This document shows positions 1 through 9,277 of a stretch of DNA of 64,000 nt, one piece after another (position 1 is the stretch's first letter; the number at the start of each line of letters is the position of its first letter). The notes under the pieces were generated by a model. It saw nothing but the letters and a program-made list of their open reading frames with translations, ran no database searches and was not told the DNA's origin. A program made the translations under genes and the position numbers. Origin of the DNA: a virus (lineage: Duplodnaviria > Caudoviricetes); IMG/VR virus record IMGVR_UViG_3300009873_000003, positions 1 through 64,000 of that record. One strand, 5' to 3'.

Positions 1-20
1 AGCTAGATAAGTCTCTTTTT

Positions 21-77
21 CTAGTTAATCTATCTAGTTAATCTATCTAGTTAATCTATCTAGTTAATCTATCTAAT
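21..77. repeat. 13-bp tandem repeat (CTAGTTAATCTAT x4) in an AT-rich tract
   Basis: Units start at 21, 34, 47 and 60; followed by (AAT)n and a pyrimidine tract to ~180. Confidence 0.85.
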
Positions 78-392
78 AGGTTTGTTATATAATAATAATA
101 GCTAATAATAAATAATACTAGATAAGTTTCTTTTCTTCTTCTTTTCTTTTTGGTTCTTTTTCTTTTCTTCTTCTTTTCTAACCTACAACAAAGTCTGTGC
201 AGCGCCGCTGCACAATCTTTAAAAAATATTAATAATAAAGCAGGTTAACAGCCTTATGGTTGACTTCGCTTCACTACATCACCATTATCTGTTTGGCATC
301 AGCCATTATCTCTACTTGACTTTCTCTGTCTAATTCTCTAAGCTTTCACTAGTTTCGCTGTCATTGCTGAATGGAAAGAACTCATTTCAACA

Positions 393-1013
393 GTGAATCT
401 CGTTAAAGTGAAGACATTCTTAATAGGACTAGTACTCATGCTTTCGACACTGTTTAGTCAAATCTTACCAACAATTGACCCCAAACTTTTGCAAGCGATT
501 GCGTTAGTTGAATCTGATGGTGATGGTTGGGAGAATGGTAGACCGAAGATTAGGTTTGAAAATCATCTTTTTTTAGAAGCGTGTGAAGCAGCTAATAGTT
601 ACTTCTCTGTTGGAAGTCCAAGTTGGACTGAGCACAAGGTTTGGCTTGCTGGTGTGTGGACAGATGTCCACGAGTCGCAAGCCAACGAATACCAAGCCTT
701 AACTATAGCCAAAGAACTTTGCTTTGCTCAAGCCTATGAAAGTATCTCGATTGGTACATTTCAACTTCACACTGTAAACTATCGTCTGATTGGTTTTCGT
801 TCCGCTTTTCTGATGTATGCGTTTATGTCTGAATCTCCTGAGCGTGAACTAGAAGTCTTACAAGTTTTCATCAGAAAAAATCGAACACTTGAGCAAGCCA
901 TGCTAAACCACGATTTTCATGCGATTGCACAAGTCTGGAACAGCGGTAGTCCAACTTGGGAACAAGAATTTCGCTTAGCCTACGCCAACCTGACCTCTGG
1001 CGAAAAACCTTGA
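393..1013 (+). CDS. N-acetylmuramidase (DUF3380-like) lysin with hydrophobic N-terminus
   Basis: AIALVES..GRPKIRFENHLF, SISIGTFQL..NYRLIGF and F..IA..WN motifs. Confidence 0.75.
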   Translation: MNLVKVKTFLIGLVLMLSTLFSQILPTIDPKLLQAIALVESDGDGWENGRPKIRFENHLFLEACEAANSYFSVGSPSWTEHKVWLAGVWTDVHESQANEYQALTIAKELCFAQAYESISIGTFQLHTVNYRLIGFRSAFLMYAFMSESPERELEVLQVFIRKNRTLEQAMLNHDFHAIAQVWNSGSPTWEQEFRLAYANLTSGEKP

Positions 1014-1038
1014 CTTTCAGCCCTGTTTGTGTTAGAAT
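1010..1038 (+). promoter_or_regulatory. sigma70-type promoter
   Basis: TTGACT-17-TAGAAT with extended TG. Confidence 0.65.
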
Positions 1039-1106
1039 GGTTAGGAAAATGTGAAATTTAGTGTTTCACGAAGTCGTCAACAACCAAAAGCGTTTTGAGA
1101 AAGCTG

Positions 1107-1184
1107 ATGAGCCAAAGTAGACTTAATAAAGTCAATCTCATCAATAACCGTATCTTAGAATTAATGTCAGAGATTCATGAGTGA
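1107..1184 (+). CDS. putative 25-aa peptide MSQSRLNKVNLINNRILELMSEIHE
   Basis: ATG ORF between promoter 1010 and terminator 1204; purine-rich upstream sequence. Confidence 0.3.
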   Translation: MSQSRLNKVNLINNRILELMSEIHE

Positions 1185-1203
1185 ATCAGGTGACAGTCAA
1201 CAA

Positions 1204-1242
1204 AAAAAAGCCTTGAGAGAACAAATCTCTCAAGGCTTTTTT
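1204..1242. terminator. bidirectional intrinsic terminator
   Basis: AAAAAAGCCTTGAGAGA/TCTCTCAAGGCTTTTTT inverted repeat. Confidence 0.85.
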
Positions 1243-1246
1243 GATT

Positions 1247-1381
1247 CTAGCTTTCTTCAAACAGCACTTCTTCAATCGTTGCTAAAACTTGTCTAAGTTT
1301 GGCAACATTCCCTTCTACTTTTTCGTGCTCCAAAATTGCTAAAATCATTGCGTGAATTAGGTTTAATAAATCGTTAGTCAT
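1247..1381 (-). CDS. 44-aa hypothetical protein, probably leaderless
   Basis: MTNDLLNLIHAMILAILEHEK...; ATG lies 6 nt downstream of TTGCTG-17-TAGAAT. Confidence 0.5.
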   Translation of the reverse strand: MTNDLLNLIHAMILAILEHEKVEGNVAKLRQVLATIEEVLFEES

Positions 1382-1590
1382 GCACTGATTCTAACATGAC
1401 TTTAGACATTCAGCAAATTTGATTTTGAAGCTGACGTTTGCTACTAGAATGCCTCTCAACGCAACAGGAAGGGTAAGGTTGAACGTTCTAGCGAAAAATG
1501 AATAATTCCACGCACATTATTTTTCGTTCAACCTAGCCCTTCCTAGACGTTTTGGAGCGTTTCACGAAAGCAACAAAAAAAAGCGTCCGA

Positions 1591-1698
1591 TTAGGTTAAT
1601 CTTCCCCAGGGGAAATAGCGTGGTCCGACTTTCCTTTTTGCCCATAGCCCCTTGCGCAGTGTCGTTTGTACTTTCGAGTACACCAAAGTTCCTTGCAT
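1591..1698 (-). CDS. 35-aa basic hypothetical protein
   Basis: MQGTLVYSKVQTTLRKGLWAKRKVGPRYFPWGRLT directly after the 1703 ORF. Confidence 0.35.
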   Translation of the reverse strand: MQGTLVYSKVQTTLRKGLWAKRKVGPRYFPWGRLT

Positions 1699-1702
1699 TT
1701 CT

Positions 1703-1900
1703 TCATGGCTTTGGCTCCATCTCGACGATAAATCCAGCCATTTCGATGTTAGGCAGCGCTTCAAGCACATCTGCTAGCAAATCGTTTGGGGAAGAGGTCA
1801 GACCTTGTAGTCCTAGCCACGAAGTGTAGTCTAGCAGCAGTGTCGCTAGGGTTAGTTTGCGTTCTGAAGTTGTTTTCAGAAATTGATTAAAGCTCATCAT
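1703..1900 (-). CDS. hypothetical protein
   Basis: AAGGA RBS; downstream of promoter cassette at 1958. Confidence 0.6.
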   Translation of the reverse strand: MMSFNQFLKTTSERKLTLATLLLDYTSWLGLQGLTSSPNDLLADVLEALPNIEMAGFIVEMEPKP

Positions 1901-1957
1901 AATTTTTCCTTTTAAAAACGAATTGTGTTAGTTCAATTGTGTTAGTTCATCAGTCTT

Positions 1958-2070
1958 AACATAGCACCGATGAGTGTTGCTTACTTGACGCTTGGCCTAC
2001 GTTCTCTTGACGCTTGCCCAACGTTTGGTCTGGCGTTTAGCCTACGGTTTGAGCTTGCGGAACCTACGTT
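1958..2070 (-). promoter_or_regulatory. repeat-array promoter cassette P1
   Basis: CGTCAAGT-N19-TATGTT plus upstream CGTAGG boxes. Confidence 0.7.
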
Positions 2071-3686
2071 TTGTCAACAGTTTCGATAAATTCAAGCGTA
2101 GGGTAGGATTCTGGCAAGGTTGCGTCGATGATGAACAAATCTTCAAGGGTTCTCGTAATGCCGACGTAGAGCAAATTTCGTGCTTCTATTCGTTTGGCGA
2201 TTGGAATTTCTGTGTTGACAATATCGGCGTAGATAATGTCAACGTGCAACAAGAAAATGCGTTTCGCTTCTTTGCCTTTTGAGCGATGGTACGTGCAAAG
2301 TGTGATGCTTTTCTCGTCATCGGCATAGATAGTTTCAAGGAACTGGATGAAGTCGAGTTGACTTCGCTTGCTGAGGTAGAAGTTATAATAGAGCGTGAAC
2401 ACTTCTAGTTCGTAGGCGAGACGTCGGGCTTTGTGATGATTTGGGCCTTTCGTCTTTTCAATTTCCGCTACTTCAGCCTTGATGATTCGGTCAAGTTCTA
2501 CCACCTTATTCTCTGGTTTGTCGTGTAGCTTGAAAAGACAACTTTTGCAAATCTCAATATATTCTGAACCAAGCAAACGCACTGTCTTTCCAAGCGTTAG
2601 CAAGTCGATGCTAAACTTTTCGAGACTTAAAACGGACTTTGCCTTGTGACGATTGAAACGTCCCAGAACCCAGTCACCATTCCGTAACTCCTTCATCATG
2701 GCCTTGTTCAAACTGATGGACTGAAGCGAACCTGGTTTCTTCGACCACGAGACAATGTTCCGGTCAAGTCCTGACGTGCGCAAATAGGCTGTGATAGCTT
2801 CAGGTAGGCGGAAAGAGACGCTATAGCTGATGCTGACGGCATTGAAGTGTCTTGACAATTGCTTAAGCGCCGCTGGCGAAGTGTTATTCCAGATGTGAAT
2901 TGTCTGGTTGCTATCGCCAAGCAGAATCACTTGTTTAGCCTGTTGTGCAATCAACCCGTACATTGCCTGCATTAACGGGTTACTGTCCTGACTTTCATCA
3001 ATTGCCAAAATCTCTGGCTTGATGATGTGACGCTGTACTTCTGGTATGATGACAGGCAGATAGAGCATTCCAAGAAAGTCCACTTGACCACGCAAAAGGA
3101 AGTAATGATTGACGATTTTTGTCAACACATTAATACCATGTCCAACAAATTCCATTCCGAATTGCGCATCAAAAAGTCGGTGAATTTTTGTGCAATCTGT
3201 ATAGTGGATGGCATTTAGCGCAATTTTTTCAACAACTTGTTTGATTTCTTGTAAGGCAATGTTGAACGGTATGTTCTCACCTTGAATGTAGAGGAGTTTA
3301 GGAATCTCTCTAATCAGGCCGAACTCTTGTTTGAGATATTGAAAAATTGCTTGTTCTGTTAGCTCTTCATGCACATGGGAGCGCACGATTTGACCATTGG
3401 GCAGCTTTTTGGCCTGCTTCTTGATTTCTTTAAGTTTAAGAAAGGTGCTGCAAGCCTTTAACCCATGCGCATGAAGCGTTGAGACTGAGCCATATTGAAA
3501 TTGCGTGATTAGTTCGCTAGCAAGGGCGCTGCTGAACATTAACGCAAGAAACGTGTCCTTCTGTAGAATGTTATCAATCATTTTCAGAATTGTCGATTTC
3601 CCGCCACCTGGGACAGCGTCTACTGAAATCGTCTTCCCCTGCTTGACAGCATCTATAATTGGAACTTGCGCTGGAATTGGCTGCAT
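2064..3686 (-). CDS. superfamily 1 (UvrD/Rep-like) DNA helicase
   Basis: Motifs AVPGGGKST, IDESQD, LGDSNQTI, SFRLP, TYHRSKGKE, LYVGITR. Confidence 0.9.
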   Translation of the reverse strand: MQPIPAQVPIIDAVKQGKTISVDAVPGGGKSTILKMIDNILQKDTFLALMFSSALASELITQFQYGSVSTLHAHGLKACSTFLKLKEIKKQAKKLPNGQIVRSHVHEELTEQAIFQYLKQEFGLIREIPKLLYIQGENIPFNIALQEIKQVVEKIALNAIHYTDCTKIHRLFDAQFGMEFVGHGINVLTKIVNHYFLLRGQVDFLGMLYLPVIIPEVQRHIIKPEILAIDESQDSNPLMQAMYGLIAQQAKQVILLGDSNQTIHIWNNTSPAALKQLSRHFNAVSISYSVSFRLPEAITAYLRTSGLDRNIVSWSKKPGSLQSISLNKAMMKELRNGDWVLGRFNRHKAKSVLSLEKFSIDLLTLGKTVRLLGSEYIEICKSCLFKLHDKPENKVVELDRIIKAEVAEIEKTKGPNHHKARRLAYELEVFTLYYNFYLSKRSQLDFIQFLETIYADDEKSITLCTYHRSKGKEAKRIFLLHVDIIYADIVNTEIPIAKRIEARNLLYVGITRTLEDLFIIDATLPESYPTLEFIETVDKT

Positions 3687-3707
3687 TTTAATTCCTCCTA
3701 ACCGATG

Positions 3708-3938
3708 TTAGCGATAGATGTATTCTTTATTCAAGGTGTAGCGTACCTTTAACGCTTTTGTTGCTAACAGCAGTTCAAGTAAACAAGCGTCAATTGAGCC
3801 ACCGTTGTAAAAGTAGTAGGCGAAGCCTCTTTGACCAACTGACCGATTTAGGAATTTTGCGAAGCGCCACATCTTAAAATTAAAAACTTTTTCATATTCC
3901 GGTTGAATGTCACAAACAATTAACATGGTACGTGTCAT
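3708..3938 (-). CDS. short isochorismatase/nicotinamidase-like protein, possibly internally deleted
   Basis: N-terminal LIVCDIQPEY motif; only 76 aa from MTRTM. Confidence 0.35.
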   Translation of the reverse strand: MTRTMLIVCDIQPEYEKVFNFKMWRFAKFLNRSVGQRGFAYYFYNGGSIDACLLELLLATKALKVRYTLNKEYIYR

Positions 3939-3981
3939 CTTTTTTTCTTTCTTTCTTAATGACTTCGTCAATCTACACGCA

Positions 3982-4404
3982 CTAAAACTTATAGAAGTAG
4001 ATGGCATCTTCGTAAGCGACGTATAATCTGTCATCGCCGATGAACTTATTGGCCGCATGAGCCAGATATTTTGCACCCTTCCAGGCTGGTGTACCTGGTG
4101 TGACGTTGCGTAGGCGGCTGATGTAACGCTGGTCTAACCGATTAATATCTTGTTTCCCCTGGCGTTTCCATTCTAGCGAATACAGCTTAAGTAAGGCTTT
4201 CGTGACTTTCGCACTCACGTTATCAACGCTGGTGTGTGTTAACGGTAAGGTGAGAATTAGGTTAACACCGAATTGCTCTGCTTCGATTATCGCCAGGTCA
4301 TTTTCAATTCTCACGCTGGCGAGGGGAAACTTTCGCTTAAGGAGGTCCAACGGGTTCTTGGTTACATAGGGTCTGTTTTTGACGTGAACTAAATAGTATT
4401 TCAT
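3982..4404 (-). CDS. hypothetical protein
   Basis: ORF coupled to the upstream gene by an ATGA overlap. Confidence 0.65.
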   Translation of the reverse strand: MKYYLVHVKNRPYVTKNPLDLLKRKFPLASVRIENDLAIIEAEQFGVNLILTLPLTHTSVDNVSAKVTKALLKLYSLEWKRQGKQDINRLDQRYISRLRNVTPGTPAWKGAKYLAHAANKFIGDDRLYVAYEDAIYFYKF

Positions 4405-4781
4405 ATGCACCATTCCGCTTGTTCATAACCTGGGATTTGGCGGATAGCCTCATCTAAGATTGATTCGGAATATAGCCAACCTAAACTTGTTTGATGGTTT
4501 TCGTCTTCACACGATTGATACTGCCAAGATAGGACTAATTTGACGATTGCAATAGCAGAGCGGCTAACGTTGTCCCTTTCGTAATGATAAAAGTGCGGAC
4601 TATCAATCAATGGCGTCTCAAATTGGGGATACTGGCTAGCCACGGATTTAATGTTCTGTAGTTTTAGCGCTTCACCAACGGCCTGTATTTCTCGTGGTGT
4701 TGGTTTGGTTAGTGTGCAATTTGCTGCCCAAAACTTAACCAACGCACTAATGTGTTTATCTGACAATAACATTACACTCAT
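4401..4781 (-). CDS. phage hypothetical protein
   Basis: Coupled ORF; NIKSV..Y and YQSCE motifs. Confidence 0.7.
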   Translation of the reverse strand: MSVMLLSDKHISALVKFWAANCTLTKPTPREIQAVGEALKLQNIKSVASQYPQFETPLIDSPHFYHYERDNVSRSAIAIVKLVLSWQYQSCEDENHQTSLGWLYSESILDEAIRQIPGYEQAEWCI

Positions 4782-5083
4782 TTCACACCTGCTTCTTTCT
4801 GCGCAGTCACAATATTATGATAAAGGTCAATCAAGTCACAATAGTGGTTGAACACGTCGGAATAACCAGAGGCGTGGCCCTCACTCTGTGCTTTTTCTTG
4901 CAAGACAAGGCGTACAGAGTGAGGGATAGTGACGCCAAGCTCTTCATCTGCATCTCGCCAGAATTCTTGGTCAAGGCGTTTCTGCTCGGCGTAGTAGGCT
5001 TGTCTTGCTAAGCGTAGAGCGTTAAGAGCATTCTCACTGATTTGTTTTTCTCGCTGCTGGCGTTCTGCTTTGGTCAATGGCAA
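4778..5083 (-). CDS. hypothetical protein
   Basis: ORF downstream of promoter P2. Confidence 0.65.
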   Translation of the reverse strand: MPLTKAERQQREKQISENALNALRLARQAYYAEQKRLDQEFWRDADEELGVTIPHSVRLVLQEKAQSEGHASGYSDVFNHYCDLIDLYHNIVTAQKEAGVK

Positions 5084-5161
5084 GTTGTCAATTTTCGCAA
5101 GTTCTATACGTTCTAGTTCGCGCTGACTTGGTACTTTTTCCGTCCTTTGTGTGATAACACT

Positions 5162-5271
5162 AGTTTAACATGTTTCGGGGTGGATAACTTGACGATTGCC
5201 CTACGTTTAGTCTGGCGTTTAGCCCACGGTTGAGCTTGCGAAACCTACGTTTAGTCTGGCGCTAGCCCACG
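5162..5271 (-). promoter_or_regulatory. repeat-array promoter cassette P2
   Basis: CGTAGGGCAATCGTCAAGT-N19-TAAACT with TG. Confidence 0.75.
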
Positions 5272-5336
5272 AGTTGTTTGACACCAGTTGAGCGGGTTGT
5301 GAGCGGTCAACCGTTTGCGAAGTTGCTCAAGTTTTG

Positions 5337-5915
5337 TCATAGGTCATCATCACTTTCTGCACCCTTGTGCACTTTAGTTCGTAGATAGAGTTGACTTTGA
5401 TTTCGGTTTACAGTGTTGAGCGTGTGACCTTGCTTCACGGATTTAAACACCTGGGTTAAATGCACACGCTTGTCAAATCGTTCGTTGGTCGAAAATTTAC
5501 ATCGCTTGAACAGTAATAGAGTTTTCTGGTTGTCTAGTTCCTTGACGGTTTGTGCTTGCTTCACGCAGTCAATCAACGCTTCCAAAACGCTGGTTTCGGC
5601 AATTAAATTGACTTTCTCAGGGCGAAGCATGAACGCATATTTGTCTAGTAAAGTTGGGTGCCAACCACCGTCAGGTGTTTCACTTTCTTGACTACTTTCA
5701 ATAATTGCGTCAGGTACGATTTTGTCAAGCGTGATTGCCGCACTGACGACACCGTTTTCTTTGAAACGTTCTGTGACAATTGTGCGAAATTTACCGTTGA
5801 TTAATTGAAGACGAAACGACAATCCAGAAAATTTGGGCATTTGTTCGGCCCACAGCTTGGCGTAAGCTTCAATCTCTTCAATGGTTTTGTCAGAAAATAG
5901 TTTAATCGTTGTCAT
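5337..5915 (-). CDS. hypothetical protein
   Basis: ORF with AAGGGGG RBS before MTTIK. Confidence 0.65.
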   Translation of the reverse strand: MTTIKLFSDKTIEEIEAYAKLWAEQMPKFSGLSFRLQLINGKFRTIVTERFKENGVVSAAITLDKIVPDAIIESSQESETPDGGWHPTLLDKYAFMLRPEKVNLIAETSVLEALIDCVKQAQTVKELDNQKTLLLFKRCKFSTNERFDKRVHLTQVFKSVKQGHTLNTVNRNQSQLYLRTKVHKGAESDDDL

Positions 5916-5932
5916 TTTGCCCCCTTTGTGAT

Positions 5933-6247
5933 TCACAATCCGAACAGGTTGATTGTATATCGACCAGCCAGAACGTTACCAAATCGTTTTTCTCTGTTCG
6001 GGGAATTGTGACTTGCTGGCCTGAGAATGTCACCAGCTTTCCATTTGTCGTCGTCGGCAATCAGAATAAAGCAGTAGGTGCTCTTGTTTTCTCGTGTGAC
6101 TTTGATATATTTTTTTAGAACAACGTAGGTAAGTCGTCCAGGGTAACGGGTGGTTGACGCTGGAAAATACGCATTGTATTTTTCCATATATAGCTTGCAG
6201 TAAGTTTCCACTGCTGAATCAAGTTCTGGAGAGATAGCAGTCACCAT
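5933..6247 (-). CDS. conserved phage hypothetical protein
   Basis: KKYIKV..YCFI..GDILRPAS..P..RFGN motif typical of phage early proteins. Confidence 0.7.
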   Translation of the reverse strand: MVTAISPELDSAVETYCKLYMEKYNAYFPASTTRYPGRLTYVVLKKYIKVTRENKSTYCFILIADDDKWKAGDILRPASHNSPNREKRFGNVLAGRYTINLFGL

Positions 6248-6293
6248 TGTTTTCCCCTTTCGTTAGCTGTCTGGCAACAACCACACTTAGACT

Positions 6294-6401
6294 AGTTTAT
6301 CATACAACCGTAGGGCTTACTTGACGTTTGCCCTACGGCTTGAGCTTGCGAAACCTACGGCTTGAGCTTGCGAAACCTACGGCTTGAGCTTGCGAAACCT
6401 A
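6294..6401 (-). promoter_or_regulatory. repeat-array promoter cassette P3 with three 22-bp tandem repeats
   Basis: CGTCAAGT-N19-TAAACT; CCTACGGCTTGAGCTTGCGAAA at 6332, 6354 and 6376. Confidence 0.75.
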
Positions 6402-6677
6402 TGCGTCAAGTTCACCTTTCATAAATTGCGCAGCGTAGGTGAACGCTTTTTCTTCGTCTTTTGTCTGTAACATGTACGTACCCTCACCAACATGGTTGCG
6501 ACCTATGACAATCCAGTGATTAACACCGTAACTTGGTTTGCGGATTGACACGGAACCCTTACCGAACGTGTTATTGTAGTACGCATCACTGTGCTTACGA
6601 AGGAAAAATTCAACGTCGTTGCACATGACAAATTCAATTTTTTCGTCCATCACGGTTTGATAGTAACGTTTTAACAT
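6399..6677 (-). CDS. hypothetical protein
   Basis: GGGAGA RBS; stop codon lies inside the repeat. Confidence 0.7.
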   Translation of the reverse strand: MLKRYYQTVMDEKIEFVMCNDVEFFLRKHSDAYYNNTFGKGSVSIRKPSYGVNHWIVIGRNHVGEGTYMLQTKDEEKAFTYAAQFMKGELDA

Positions 6678-6729
6678 TTTTTCTCCCTTATTGCTGGTGT
6701 CAGACAGCTACATTGCTGGTGTCAGACAG

Positions 6730-7104
6730 CTACAGCACAATAGTGTAAATGTTTGATAGACATAGGACAATCGGCCATTCCGGATAGAGTTCCTTAATGC
6801 GTTTGGCTCTTAGCAGCAGCCGTGAACCCAGCATCGGTCCAAAAGAAGTTAACTTGTGGTTAACAATGAGCGTGTGTTCTTCGGCCCCTTTGTGAAATGC
6901 CTTGATAAGTTGGTTCATCTCACGTTCTAACACGTAGTCGAGCTGTTGATAGTTCCCCTTGCGCAATTGCTGTTTCGCAGTATAGTCACCGACTAGAAAC
7001 AGACGTTTGTGCTCACCGTGACGTTGTTCAATGACAAAGCGATAAGGAATGTAGAGGAGGTGCAGTGTGTTATTGTAGTTCCGAATTTTATTTTTTAGTC
7101 CCAT
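6730..7104 (-). CDS. hypothetical protein
   Basis: ORF coupled to the 7106 gene. Confidence 0.6.
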   Translation of the reverse strand: MGLKNKIRNYNNTLHLLYIPYRFVIEQRHGEHKRLFLVGDYTAKQQLRKGNYQQLDYVLEREMNQLIKAFHKGAEEHTLIVNHKLTSFGPMLGSRLLLRAKRIKELYPEWPIVLCLSNIYTIVL

Positions 7105-7105
7105 G

Positions 7106-7552
7106 TTACACCAGTGTCTTTCTAGTTTGTGTAAATTGCACGTCATCTACCGTGTAGACAATCGACCACAATCCGCATGATTCCATAATGTTTTTGATGA
7201 AAGTATGAACCGATGAGCGTTCTTTGTTATAAAATACCGGCATCGGGTCAGGAACGTGTGTAATGTTGCCTGTTACGGATTCACATTTCAGAATTTTGAC
7301 AACCCGCTCACCTGTGCAAGCCCTTACATATAACTGATTCCAAGCATGGCTAATCGCAGAGTCACACTCACGGCTTGAGCCTGTCGCAACGTTTTGAGCA
7401 CTAGTGCTAGGGTAACGAACGATGACTAACGATTGCATACCACTGAAGGCATGGTTATCAAACCGCCAAGGGTGGTCAATGTTCGCTAGAAACTCGTTAT
7501 AGCGGTTGATTGTGTTTTGCAAATCCTTTGGCGTAAATCGTGGTTTGCTCAT
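7106..7552 (-). CDS. hypothetical protein
   Basis: GAGGA RBS; downstream of P4. Confidence 0.7.
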   Translation of the reverse strand: MSKPRFTPKDLQNTINRYNEFLANIDHPWRFDNHAFSGMQSLVIVRYPSTSAQNVATGSSRECDSAISHAWNQLYVRACTGERVVKILKCESVTGNITHVPDPMPVFYNKERSSVHTFIKNIMESCGLWSIVYTVDDVQFTQTRKTLV

Positions 7553-7591
7553 TTTTTCCTCTTGTTTCCTCTTGTCAAGTGCGTTAGAACT

Positions 7592-7657
7592 ATTCTAACG
7601 CACTTTGCGCTGGTTAACTTGACGATTGCCCTACGTTTTGTCTGGCGTTAGCCTACG
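7592..7657 (-). promoter_or_regulatory. repeat-array promoter cassette P4
   Basis: CGTAGGGCAATCGTCAAGT-N19-TAGAAT. Confidence 0.75.
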
Positions 7658-7971
7658 ACTACTAAGCGATTGGCGTAATCCACTCTGGTGTCTTCAATCA
7701 TAGCTTGAGCTAACTTGTTAACCTTGACAAGCATACCAAGATAAACGGTGTCAAGCTCAAATTTGAATTTCAATAAGTCATGCTGTGCAAAAGGGGCAAA
7801 GCAGCCATTCATTGAGTCAAAATGCTCAAGATAGATTGTCCCACCGTCCCATCGTAGGCGCAGAACCCAGCCAGTATTTTTAATCGTAAAGTCGATTGCC
7901 GTGGTATCCGCATCACTTAGTTGTTTAAGCAACTTGATTGCACTCGTTTTGGTGTTTCTGTAGCTCATCAT
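7648..7971 (-). CDS. hypothetical protein
   Basis: Coupled ORF ending VG* inside the repeat. Confidence 0.65.
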   Translation of the reverse strand: MMSYRNTKTSAIKLLKQLSDADTTAIDFTIKNTGWVLRLRWDGGTIYLEHFDSMNGCFAPFAQHDLLKFKFELDTVYLGMLVKVNKLAQAMIEDTRVDYANRLVVVG

Positions 7972-8570
7972 CGTAATTCCCCTCTCACAGCATATACTTT
8001 TTCCAAACCTTCGACCATATTTTTGGCCTCATAGAGACCACAGCCAAGCATACCACGAAGCACTTTAACGGCACTTATACGCTTTCTCGCTGCAACAAAT
8101 TCGTAAACTTCTGCAAGCCTTGGGTCAATTGGGTGGTTCGGATGTTGGTAAATGAAAGCGTATGTTAACGTGTCAACAATGTATAGTTGATTTTTGTATG
8201 CCACCAACGTTTTCTGCATTTGATACAAGTTGTACAATCGAGCGATGTACTTGGCGCTTAATGGCTTGTTGTTCGGTAGCAGTTTCGCCAAACGTTTACG
8301 ATAGGTGATAGTCTTATCATGCTGCTTAGAATAGTGGACAGTTTTTTGCTGGTCTGCGTCCATCATAGCAAGTAGGTCTTTAATAGCAGTTGGGAAGGTG
8401 ACAGGAACTAAGCGATAGTAGATGAACCGACGTTCTTTGCCATCGTCCCAACGGTTGATTGCATTGACGGTCGTGTCAGGGTGTTTGGCCTTAAGATAGT
8501 CGGCGACTGGCCCTTCAACAACTTTCATGCTTGGCGTGCGACCTTCTTTGTTAACCAAGTAGTACATCAT
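7968..8570 (-). CDS. protein with C-terminal ribosomal L7/L12-like domain
   Basis: RISAVKVLRGMLGCGLYEAKNMVE resembles the L12 CTD KIxVIKxVRxxTGLGLKEAKxLVE. Confidence 0.65.
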   Translation of the reverse strand: MMYYLVNKEGRTPSMKVVEGPVADYLKAKHPDTTVNAINRWDDGKERRFIYYRLVPVTFPTAIKDLLAMMDADQQKTVHYSKQHDKTITYRKRLAKLLPNNKPLSAKYIARLYNLYQMQKTLVAYKNQLYIVDTLTYAFIYQHPNHPIDPRLAEVYEFVAARKRISAVKVLRGMLGCGLYEAKNMVEGLEKVYAVRGELR

Positions 8571-8611
8571 AGTTGTTTCCTTTTCTTTCTGTTCTGTTTT
8601 GCTGATGTCTT

Positions 8612-8676
8612 AGTTTATCACGTTATGCTTGGCGTTACTTGACGTTTACCCTACGTTTGTCTGGCGTTAGCCTACG
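8612..8676 (-). promoter_or_regulatory. repeat-array promoter cassette P5
   Basis: CGTAGGGTAAACGTCAAGT-N19-TAAACT with TG. Confidence 0.75.
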
Positions 8677-9257
8677 TTTTCCGCACGGTTTAGGTTGTGC
8701 AGATTAGCCAAGGCGTTTTCTGCACTGCTGGTCCGATAGGTAGAGAGAAAATCGTTAAAAGTGTCAATTGAATCTGCACGGTTTGATTTAACAAAATTAT
8801 ATTCTGCTGCTGTTAAACCTAAATCTGCACCATAGTCAAGCTCATGGCTGCTTAGAAACAGTAGCATCAGACGTGCAGGGAGTTGACAGATATGAACGTT
8901 TTGCAAGATTGCCTTACTAGCATCAGTAATGGCTACTTGTCCTGCGCCAGAATCTATCATGTGTTCATCACTATTGTCACGTTCAACCAAGTCATCGGCA
9001 ATTTCGTATTCTAGCACTACAATCGTTGCCGTATTGCGCTTGATAGCCGACAAATAGCCTGATTCTAACGCACGTTGCACAAGCACTTGCTGTCGATATT
9101 CCGCACTGTCAGTGCTGTCAAAGTCAGGAAAAAAGTCATCAACCCAAAAGTAAACATTGTCATAGTTGCTTTGCGACCAAATTCGTTCTGTATCTTGCCA
9201 ACCATTAGTTAGGATATCTAACGCTGAGCTCATGTCTGTTCCATGATACACACGCAT
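8667..9257 (-). CDS. possible ADP-ribosyltransferase-fold protein
   Basis: N-terminal YHGT..A..I...G and downstream VYF motif. Confidence 0.45.
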   Translation of the reverse strand: MRVYHGTDMSSALDILTNGWQDTERIWSQSNYDNVYFWVDDFFPDFDSTDSAEYRQQVLVQRALESGYLSAIKRNTATIVVLEYEIADDLVERDNSDEHMIDSGAGQVAITDASKAILQNVHICQLPARLMLLFLSSHELDYGADLGLTAAEYNFVKSNRADSIDTFNDFLSTYRTSSAENALANLHNLNRAENVG

Positions 9258-9277
9258 GATTACCTGCTTTCTGGTGT

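Noticed and set aside
1104-1145. Hammerhead ribozyme (CTGATGAG)
   Set aside because: No correctly placed GAAA and stems; the motif simply pairs with CTCATCA
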